Source: Octopus sinensis
Lineage: Eukaryota
NCBI RefSeq assembly: GCF_006345805.1
Contig: NC_043008.1
Location: forward strand, 44,516,001-44,580,000
Length of the DNA: 64,000 nt
Direction: 5' to 3'
Under the pieces are notes generated by a model. The model saw nothing but the letters and a program-made list of their open reading frames with translations, ran no database searches and had not been told where the DNA came from. Numbering within the stretch: the stretch's first letter is position 1; each line of letters starts with the position of its first letter. A program made the position numbers and the translations under genes. Of this stretch, positions 53,715 through 64,000 are shown in pieces.

Positions 53715-54372
53715 TTGATTTCCAATTTTGGATTAAGTCTAGCAGTCTGGAGGGGTGAGGTAACGTCGATTATATCGAACCCTAGTGCTCTGCTGGTACT
53801 TCTTTTATCGATTCTGACAGGATGAAAGGCAAAGTCGACCTGGGTGGAATTTGAACTCAGAACGTAAAGATGGGCGAAGAAATGCTAAGCATTTTGCCCA
53901 CCGTGCTAACGATTCTGCCAGCTCACTGCCGTAATAAATCTACAAATATTTATTTCTTTGTTGCCCTTAGGGAGTTAAACACAGAGAGGACAAACAAGGA
54001 TAGACAAAGGGATTAAGTCAATTACATCGAACCCGGTGCGTAATTAGTACTTATTTAATCGATCCCAAAAGAATGAAAGGTAAAGTCGGCCTCAGCGTAA
54101 TTTGAACTCAGAACGTAAAGATAGACGAAATACCTATTTCTGTTTCTTTACTACCTACAAGGGGCTAAACACAGATGGGACAAACAAGGACAGACAAACG
54201 GATTAAGTCGATTACATCGAACTCAGTGCGTAACTGGTGCTTAATTTATCGACGCCGAAAGGATGAAAGGCAAAGTCGACCTCGGCGGAATTTGAACTCA
54301 GAACGTAACAGCAGACGAAATACCGCAAAGCATGTCGCCCGGCGCGCTAACGATTCTGCCAGCTCGCCGCCG
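53715..54372 (-). mobile_element. SINE family B monomer (53715-53931) plus dimer (53951-54372)
   Basis: Three cores; 19-bp direct repeat (17/19 identical) at 53932-53950 and 54373-54391. Confidence 0.92.
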
Positions 54373-57204
54373 TAATAAATATATAAATATTGAAATGAAG
54401 TTTGGTGGTACTGAATTTGAATATGTTAATATATATGATAAATGCCTTTGTTTTATTTCCAAAAATTAGATGTTTTGTTCTTTATTTCTTCATCCTCTGC
54501 TACGCTCACCCGTCAATTCCCCATCCTCCTCCGAACACATCTCATTCGTTTAGATTTCGTTTTACCTAGCATGTTCGAGGAACATCTTCACGCAACTGCA
54601 TGAAAACACGCCCTCATCAATTAAATGAATTGTTAACTTAATAGAAATTCAACGATACTGTCGCCCTTTTAAAATTATTACGCTGCTTCTAATTTTGTTT
54701 TATTGCCATACACCACACAAAAGATGATTGATTTTTATGCGCGAGTTAAATGATGTGGATTACGTTATAGGTTTTCATGGCTTACAGGTCTGCGCTGGAT
54801 ACTGCAAAGGAGTAGAATACGCTGAACGCTAAAGAATCGAACGCTCGCAACGTAGATCTGTACAACGGATCACAGATTTACGTTGGCACCGAGAACAGGA
54901 ATGGTTCCGCTGACATGGGTCTACATAGCTCCCAAGTTTCATCACGTCTTACTCACAATATTTTCCTCTACATAATGTCCATTGATATCGGATTCGAACC
55001 GTGTATGATACATCCACACCATGCAGTTCTCTCAGGCATTTTGGAAGGATACATATATACATACATATACATGTCCTTTCTCTAAAGGACATACATATAT
55101 ATGCACTCTCTAAAGGACTTATTCATTTTCTCGATAGCCGACAACAATGAATGAAGAATTTTCCTTCTCGTACAGGTATAACAATACAAAGACTAAGGTT
55201 CCTCACTTCTCGCCGGTTGACGATCTTTGACTCTACAGCGGTCATCCGTGTTTAGATAGATTTTGTTTGTTTCGTTCTACAGTGTGTCCAACAAGAAGCA
55301 CTCTCGTAATAAGCAGGCTTGCGAGGGCTGCCGGTTCTGTCGCTGACGGCTCGACAATGCTTCAAGCTATACCGGGATAAATGTTACCCGTAAAACAAAA
55401 CGTGACATGACCTAAGATACACTGACGCTTATATCCATACATGAACAGTATATATGAATACGTGTCAATATACTACCTCAGTATCATCTGCATATGGGTT
55501 GCTCTTTTGTCTCGGGCCTCGTTCCAGACGGAGAGCTCACAGTTTAAGTTTAAACCCTTTTAATCTCTACTATATATATATATTATCGCACCTCTCACCT
55601 ATTCTCTGTATAGTAAATGTGTGTGTGTATGTGTCGTACGTGTGTGTGTATGTCTTTGTTTATGTGTATGTGTGAGTATATGTAAAGATACGAAAATCTA
55701 TATCAACTCCGAATATCTTTTCACAATAGGCACACTTATGAAAAGCACGTACTCGTAGAAGACAAGGCGCTGGCGTTCCATGACTGACCATAAGTTCGTC
55801 ATATAATTATTCTTATTTCATTGTTCTCAGTTTGTATCGCTTTATATCGGAATAGCACTGCAATACTTTTCGAAACATGATGAAGAATATAAATGAACAC
55901 ACCACAGGAAAAATACTCTATTCTTCTGCATATTTCCTCATTAATTGAATGCGTCAGCAATATTTTATCTGCAGAGATGAATACCATTTCATATTATTCA
56001 TGGATTTCAATATGATAACGATTTCCCAGTCTTGTTTTGAAATTATAAAATATAATCAGACAGTGCACTATTGGCTTTCCGCTAGCAGAGGGTTAAATTC
56101 ACGTGAATAACATTAGTCGCACTAATTGTGATCTTAAACGCTATCATTAAACTACGTTTAGATCGATTATTTACACTTGTCTGACATATTCCATCATATC
56201 ATTTATCTTAATAGTCTCTAACGAATCATGCAATATATAATACAGATTTTGCGAATAAATCGTTGTTGGCCCTTTGGCATTTCTAGAGTCTTTTAATATT
56301 TGCTCTCACAATTCTATATCATCAACGTTGATATTGCAAATTTAAATGCTTAAATAACAATAAGAATACTTATTAAGGTTATTGCTCTTATTTAGCGCCA
56401 GGACATTATTTCCATTTGCCCATTATGAACACGTTCCTTTCTCCTACGCCTTCACAGCTCATCATTTCTATATCTCTTCCGTTCTTCTCTTCTTATCTAT
56501 ATTTTCCTCCCCCAACCCATACAGTTTATATGTTCCTGCTTGATACAGTCGCACTGTCTTGAGTTCTACCTTTCTTATTCGTACGTCATATTTACAATAA
56601 GATTTCGTTTCCGCTTTTTCTATCTCTCTCCCCACTTTCTTGATGTCATTTTGGATTCTTAGAAATTATTCCTTCCTTTGCATTTGCCACCTATCCTTCT
56701 GCAAATATGTACTGTTTATAGACGCATGAAGGTATTTCTGCTTTATGGTTCAGGTTTACTGATATTATGTTTCCTCATATGGTTTCTGCTATATTGCTTT
56801 ATAACGTTTACACCGAATTACAACATATATCTCATAAGATTCCTTATTCATAGGATTCCTCGAAACAGATGTAAAGACATGATTATATCATATATTATTC
56901 TGTAACAGATTATGTAAATATATTCAAGAAACCGATTGTTTTTTCCTTTTTTCACCACTCTCTCTCTATACACACGTACAACACACACATACATGAACAC
57001 ACATGCACATATATTTATATATTATATATGTGCGTGCGTTGTATATATATATATATGCGTGTCTGTATGAATGTAATTATTTACACATGCTTGTATGTTT
57101 GAGGAACTGTGTGGAAAATGAGAAAGAAAATATGGCACTTGAGTTTTCTATCACTGATTGAAGATTTGTTCCGAATAGCGGAACATCTGTATAAATGTCT
57201 GTAA

Positions 57205-57690
57205 CATGGAAAGAGGAAGAAGAAGAATAGGAAGGGGAAGGAGAAGGAGGATGAGGATGAGGAGGATGAGGAGGATGAGGAGGAAAATGAGGGGAGGGAC
57301 ATCAGCAGCAGGAACCGGAGAAACAGGTGTAACAATAAGAAGCGTGGGGACAGAAGGAGGAGCTGTAACAAGAGGAGGTGTGGGAGGAAGAAGAGCAGGT
57401 GTGGGAGGAGGAAGAGCAGGTGCAGGAGGAGCAGGTGCAGGAGGAGGAACAGGTGCAGGAGGAGGAACAGATGCAGGAGGGGGAGCAGGTGTAGGAGGAT
57501 GAACAGGTGTAGGAAGAGGAGCTGGGGGAGGGAAAGAGAACGTGCCGGAGAAGGAAAAGGAGCAAAAGCAGACAGAAGATCAGGAAGAGGAGGAGGAGGA
57601 GAAAAAGGAACAGGTGGAGAAGGAAAAGGATGTAGAGGAGAGTGAGGAAGAGGAGGAGGCAGTAGTTGAAGCATGGAAGGAAAGAAGTAA
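57205..57690. repeat. Purine-rich (GGA) low-complexity tract with 15-21-bp gagcaggtgcaggagga-type units
   Basis: Direct reading. Confidence 0.88.
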
Positions 57691-58004
57691 TCGCCATTGT
57701 GAAACCCATGTTGCCACCATAACAAGATACAACGTCAGCGATAACTGGAATAATTAATTATATGTTTATTTAATGCCGTAAGAAACCTGCAATGCTAAGT
57801 AATCTTCACATTTTGTCATTCAAAACAAACTGTAAAAGAAATGTTTTGTAGATATTAATCATTAATTTCTTCAGTGTTTAATCAAAATAGAGAAATATGC
57901 CACATTTTGCAATTTTTTTATTGTAATTAAACACTTTTCATGCTTCACGATTGAAATGAAATAGATTAACTTTTTCTGCACCATAATATTATATTCACTT
58001 AGAA

Positions 58005-58650
58005 GATCGCGACCTGGCAAAGTCGTATAGACACCGAACAATATGCTTGACCCTATTTCATCCGACTTTAGGTCCTTAGTTCAAAATATGCTGAGGTCGA
58101 TTTTGCTTTTCATCGTTCCGAAGGTTGATAAAATAATTACCAGTTGTGTACTGAGGTTGATCTATTCGACTTAAACACTCTCCCGAAATCGTTATGCTTG
58201 TGCCAGAATTTGAAATCAAAATCAAGTTCATAAGGCATCAGGCTTTACAGAATCGTTAGCAATCACACCGCAATGCTTAGCAGCATTTCAAGTTCTGAGT
58301 TCAAATTCCGCTGAGTTCGACGTCTGCCCTTCATCTATTCGGATTCGATAAAAAGGTAAACCAGTTGAGCAATTCGCAGGGAGAAGATAATTCGATGTAA
58401 ACCACTTAATCCCTCCCCTCCCCCCAATTGCTGGCTCTCTATCGATATCAGTATTATTGATATCGATAGAAATCAATCTTATTTTTTTCCTATTCTAGGC
58501 ACAAGGCCCGAAATTTTATGGGCGGTGGTGGGGCGGTCATTCGATTAGATCGAACCCAGTACGCAACTTGTACTTAATGTATCGACCCCGAAAGGATGAA
58601 AGGCGAAGTCGACCTCGGCGGAATTCGAACTCAGAACCTAAAGACAGATG
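58005..58650. mobile_element. Three SINE family B copies (two +, one -)
   Basis: Cores at about 58080 (+), 58295 (+) and 58580-58640 (-). Confidence 0.8.
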
Positions 58651-58689
58651 ATCAATACTATTTTATATTATTGCTCATGGTGATAATCT

Positions 58690-59335
58690 TTTCTCTTTTA
58701 CCTGCTTTAGTTATTATATTTCGGTCATGCTGGAGCACTACCTTGATTTTTTAGTCGAATGAATCAACCCAAGCACTTAGTCTTTGTAACCTAGTACTTA
58801 TTCTGTCGGTCTCTTTGGCCGAACCGCTAAATTACGTAGACGTAAACACACCAGCACCGGTTGCCAAGCGGTGATTCCGTCTACCAAATCCACTCACACC
58901 GAGGCTATAGTAGAAGACACTCCCCATGGGTGTCACACAGCATTTCGCCCGGCGAGTCAACGTTTCTGCCAGCTCGCCACCTTGGCCTTTAGAATATTAA
59001 TTATTCATATTAATTATGAATAATATTAATTGCACTTCCATTTCTTTCAGGGCAGGCCCTAACAGTAGTAGGAGAGAACTTCCTATTTAACTCATACTTA
59101 AATATTTTTCTTTTATCGTTGTCTCAGTAACTAGCTACGGCCATGCTGGGGCACTGCCTCAAAGAATTTTAGTCCAACGAATTGATCCCAAATTTTTCTT
59201 TGTTCAGCCCTGTCCTTATTCTGCTCACCCCTCTTGCCGAACAGCTAAGTTACGCGGACTTAAACATGCCAACACCGGTTATCAAGCAGTGGTTTGGGAC
59301 ATAGACAAAGGCACACAAGCACACGCACTAACACG
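58690..59335 (-). mobile_element. Fragments of SINE family A and one family-B head
   Basis: catgctggagcac, gaaccgctaa and cggccatgctggggcac blocks. Confidence 0.75.
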
Positions 59336-59373
59336 CACACACACACACAAACACACACACACACACACACATA

Positions 59374-59808
59374 TTGGGTCACTGTATAAATAATGTGGTC
59401 TTTTCACTTGTATGAGCCATAAGACGGACGAGGAACGAATAAACTGCTTGCTTCAACTTACAATAATAGCAGGCCGTAATTTTACCTTCACTTATTCTTC
59501 GTGTAAGTCATGAAGAGTGCAGTTCTATTTTAACAATTATTTTTTTAAAGTTATAATGGAAGTGACAAAGGAACATATTCTGCATATTTTGCTTTATGAG
59601 TTCAATAAAGACAACAACGCAACGGAAAGTGTGAGGAATATTAATGCAGTATTTGGGGATCGGACAATAAACGTAAACCAGAGTCAATGGTGGTTCCAGA
59701 AATTCCAAGCTGGAAACTAAAGCCTAGAAACGGAACCTCGTCCTGGAAGATCTGTAGAGCTCGACGAGGATGTCCTGCAAAACCTGGTGGAACAAAATCG
59801 CATTGTAG
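59374..59808 (+). mobile_element. Mariner transposon 5' end with N-terminal transposase pseudogene (ATG at 59556)
   Basis: ta|ttgggtc TIR start; MEVTKEHILHILLYEFNKDNNATESVRNINAVFGDRTINVNQSQWWFQKFQAGN*SLETEPRPGRSVELDED (Hsmar1/Mos1-like HTH). Confidence 0.9.
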
Positions 59809-61285
59809 CGTATTAATTTAGTCCACCAGAGGGAATTTTTCTTAGATGGATTCGTTTAACTTAATGATGTGAAAGGTACTAACAACCTTTTTTTATTGTG
59901 TCTAGTATGTAAATCCCTTAACATTTCCTATGGCTGGAGCGCCCTCCCAGTTCTCATGTATTGCATCAGAAACTTTGTCTCAGATTGCATCATCGTCACA
60001 TGTGTTGACGGAAATCTTTATTTTTGATATCCTGGTTTTTACAGTAAATGACCTGCAAAAATATTTCTCCTTAAAATTAATTCGTTATTGCCACTCGTGG
60101 CCATCCCTTCATCAGCAACTTACATGTATTTGTACAATATGGGATACTCGTTTAATTATTAAGACGGAATGAAACAGCACAATTTGTTTTTTCACTCATT
60201 AAAAATTTGCTTGAGGAAGGTAATAATGTTTATCTAATTAATGCCCTATGAAACAAGCCATTGCACTGTACAAGGAAAGCAACATCAAATTCTCGTTTCT
60301 GAAATCATAAAATGCAACAAAGTAATGTAAAATACAGCGATTAATTAAATGGTTGAATATCAGTATTTGATGAAGGAAAAGTCATTGAAAATGACATTGT
60401 TCTACGTATGATTTAAAACGAAAAACATACGTGAACTTTCAAAAGCTTCTTATGGTTTCTTTTCTTTTACTTTATTATCAAGACAAAGATAGCATTATAG
60501 AATACAAATATCACAAAGACTCCGTTGGAAGCCTGCCGAATGTTTTAGATGTAGATGCGATATTGGAATAACGACAGAAAATATAATATGTTTCAATGAC
60601 GTTTCTGGAATGTTATTGAAATCAAAATTTAAATTAATTAACGTGTGATGCATTTTATTCTCAAAGTGAAAGTACATTTTCTATTGTGAATACGATACAA
60701 GCGGTGGTTAATGACATCTCAAAAGTGCAATTGAAATTTTGAACATAATTTCAAAAGGCAGGCATAATCGTTGTGAATATAATTAGGAAATATGAGCTTA
60801 ATGATGTGGGAGACATACTTCATATTTTACAACAATAGTGGTCGTGATGATGGTGGTGGATGTGGTGGTGGTGGGGCATGGAGGCTTACTCATCAGGAGT
60901 CAATTAAGAATGACAAATATATATCGCCACCATACTCATTCTCGTCCCATCTAGCCGTTTGAAGCAATAATGATGCCACCAAGATGTGTGAACGTTCCTT
61001 TAAGTAAAAACCGAAACACACTTTCCCAAACAGTTAAAAATGCCGGAAGGTATACGCACTGACAACATCAGAGTTACGGCGATAGCAGCAAAAGGAGTTT
61101 ACCGGTCTGGTGACGCTTCCCGGAAAAGTTTGCAATTACTGACCCAGTGAAAGGCCGTATGTCTGATGACACATGTAGACTCCTGTCTGGTGTTATGTAG
61201 TTTCTCGGTTTAATGTTGCTATTGCTAAATTTCACAAAAGCCAGCAAAACCCTATGCACAGCCGCACATCCATCACATACATGCG

Positions 61286-61317
<32 letters not shown>

Positions 61318-61367
61318 TGTATGTATGTATGTATGTTTGTATGTATGTATGTATATATATATATATA

Positions 61368-61520
61368 TGTTTCCCTCCTTGTTTTTTTCTGTGTCCCTTT
61401 CTGTAGAAGAGCGTAGGCTCGACACGTAAAATACTTTTTCTATTCCTGAGCGTTATACTAATACGTTTGTTTGTTTTGTACACCACCTGTCTTCGTATTT
61501 TGTTTTTTTTCGTAAACTCT

Positions 61521-61525
<5 letters not shown>
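61368..61525 (+). mobile_element. Short Penelope-like element in (AT)n with a variant minimal hammerhead motif at 61397-61432
   Basis: cttt CTGTAGA a gagc gtag gctc GAcA cg TA aaa: perfect gagc/gctc stem II, ACGT stem III, two core deviations. Confidence 0.55.
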
Positions 61526-61575
<50 letters not shown>

Positions 61576-61579
61576 TAAA

Positions 61580-62487
61580 CTAGAAATACATCCCGGCGTT
61601 GTCCGAGTATTATGCCCTATTTCCACATCGTATTATTTGTTCTTTTCTTATGGGCCGAATTGACACTGCTGATATGTAGTGAACTGGATTGCTATCGTCG
61701 TGGAAGTTATTGCTTGTTTAAAAGGGAAGTGGGGAGAGTACAATTTGCTTTCTGTTCTTAACAAGGATCACAAATTACGTATTGTTTCCTCGTATGAAAG
61801 GTTAAGACGATTTTGCCCTGAAATCATGTTTTCAAAATTTTAATTTTCCCCAGACCTCACCGCAATTTCTTAATTTGTAACCTTTTCGAAGTTTATTATA
61901 TTTTTTTTATCCATGTAGAAAAAATATAGATAACAAATCTGGGAAATATATATTCTTTTAAAGTTTAAACTTGGCTTCAAGAAATACTCAATGCCCCTTT
62001 TCCGCACCTTACCCTTCCATAACCTACCTGCTTTCAAGAAGCTAAAATCTCTCAATGTTTCACTTTTGTTTGATGTTTCACGCATGTGCAGAATTGTACT
62101 GAAAAAGGAGATGTAATAAATGCCAGATCACCACCAGAAAACCCGACATGCTAAAAACAAAAGGTAAACGACTTTATTTCTCGTTTTCCCTTCCCCAAAC
62201 AGCTTAATATGAAATTTAGGGAATGTGTAGCTTTTCGAAAGAGGTGAGATGATGGGTGGATGTTTGGGAAGGAGATTTTAGTGTTTCTTTACGAAAAAAA
62301 GAATAAGAAAATTCTTTAGGATTCGTACTCTCTCTTTTTGCCCCAATTGATAACCAAGGAAAAAATTGGAAAAAAGCAAATATGAAGAAATTGGGGTCGG
62401 GAGGGAGATTATGTCTTCGAAACATATGTCGAAAGTAAAAGAATTTGAAAAACATCTGCGTTCAACTCCATTTATTTACTTATAATA
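61580..62487 (-). mobile_element. Probable non-autonomous Helitron; 5' boundary uncertain
   Basis: Minus strand ends ...ctcggac aac gccggg atgtattt CTAG|t: GC-rich imperfect hairpin about 8 nt before CTAG and a following T, the canonical Helitron 3' end. Confidence 0.6.
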
Positions 62488-63529
62488 CACAAATTACTGC
62501 ACTTTAACCCGGAGTTTCTACCTTTGAGTAGGTCGCTACATCCCTGTTACTTGCGTGAATTTTGCTACCCTGGTATCTGTTTATTGAATTTTCCATGTCA
62601 ACGGTAAACAATGGATAATTCATTCACCCATATATATATACATACATATATATATGTATATATTATTAGAAGAGTTTTATACAACTCCATGTGACTTGTT
62701 GTTCCGCGGTCCTTTAAAAGCCCATTTCATTCAGGCTTACAGGCTTAGATTATCAACTACATGTAACTCCTGCAACGTAGATGATTTCAGGGTCTTTTTC
62801 GTTCATTTTTCCACTCACACGTAAATACACACATACACACATATGTATATATTTTTATATATACGATATAAAGACTGTTATAAAACTAACTTTGTCTCAT
62901 AAGTGATAGCGTCTCTATTCCCTAAACATATCGTTAAAAAAACTGAGCTATCACATACAAATGCAACGTGTAATTTCCACACACCCATACACACATGTAT
63001 CCATATCTATCTATTAATCTATCTGTATCATATATATATATGTATGTATGTCTGTATGAATCTATGTATATATGTATAATTCTATGTTATATCACTCCAC
63101 CAGTTAATACTGTTTGGTGCCACAGAAAAGCCGAGGAAAACGATAAAACCCCATGATTAAATCTCTTCTATTGATTAAGTTCTAACTTAGTTGTTTTTAT
63201 TGTTTATTATTATTGTGTGTGTGTGTGTGTGTATGTTGTGTGTGTGTGTGTGTGTGTGTGTGGATTCTAAACATTGTTTTCTTAACCGAAAAAAAAACAA
63301 AGAAGATTTATAAAAATAAATAAAAGAAACTACAAATATATAATAAAGAAAATAGATTATTTTTTAAAAGATATTGTTGTTGTTGTTTGTTATTAACTTG
63401 ACTTATATACAACTACAACGGTTACATACTCTGGTATTTATACCACAAAATATAATAAGTAATCCGATCGCTGCTGCTGCTGCTGCCGTTATCCATTATA
63501 CATAGATTTATCAGTAGATATAATAGCAT

Positions 63530-63531
63530 TG

Positions 63532-63572
<41 letters not shown>

Positions 63573-63890
63573 TGCAGCAGTAGTAGTAGTAGTAGTAGTG
63601 GTGGTGGTGGTAGTAGTGGTAGTAGTGGTAGTAGTATTAGCGGTGGTGGTGGTAGTAGTAGTAGTAGTAGTGGTGGTGGTGGTAGTAGTGGTAGTAGTGG
63701 TAGTAGTATTAGCGGTGGTGGTGGTAGTAGTAGTAGTAGTAGTTGTAGTGGTGGTGGTGGTGGTGGTGGTAGTAGCAGTAGTAGTGGTGTGGTGGTGGTG
63801 GTGGTGGTGGTGGTGGTTGTGGTTAGGTGGTGTTGGTGGTGGTGGAGGTAGTAGTAGTAGTGGCGGTGGTGGTGGTGGTGGTGGTGGTGT
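63530..63890. repeat. (TAG)n/(TGG)n trinucleotide mosaic
   Basis: Direct reading. Confidence 0.96.
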
Positions 63891-64000
63891 TATAGTCTTA
63901 TCTTATCGAGTGTCGGGGGTCGGTCCGTTAGTAGAAGAGGGACCTATACTTAATGCTATTCATTGTCTGATGGATTTTAATATCCAAACCAACGGAGAAG

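Noticed and set aside
57081-57757. Gly-rich, Glu-rich and Leu/Pro-rich ORFs up to 214 aa
   Set aside because: Open in several frames on both strands because a purine-rich low-complexity tract lacks stop codons; no coding evidence.
61138-61180. GAAA...GTA...CTGATGA in permuted hammerhead order
   Set aside because: Stems I and III cannot form.

Overview
This is AT-rich eukaryotic DNA, most likely intergenic or deep-intronic sequence from an octopus or related coleoid cephalopod. That attribution is inferred from the repeat landscape: dense (AT)n, (AC)n, (GATA)n and trinucleotide microsatellites plus three abundant tRNA-derived SINE families. I cannot support any intact host protein-coding gene, rRNA, tRNA or CRISPR array, and almost all ORF-track entries are translations of microsatellites or SINEs. 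The recognisable coding remnants are all transposon fossils: a HERO/R2-superfamily RT piece, RTE-like and CR1/L2-group LINE pieces, five Tc1/mariner pieces and a Penelope-like C-terminus. There are also MITEs and a probable non-autonomous Helitron. The observations most worth follow-up are: (1) several decayed minimal hammerhead-ribozyme motifs in Penelope-like short elements; (2) four long fold-back repeats between 41 and 49 kb; (3) SINEs inserted with target-site duplications about 17-19 bp upstream of other tRNA-SINE heads; (4) a SINE/LINE 3' stem-loop conserved in structure; (5) a 29-bp-period array with a conserved ATCGAT half and a variable half. All identities and boundaries were read by eye; no database searches were run.
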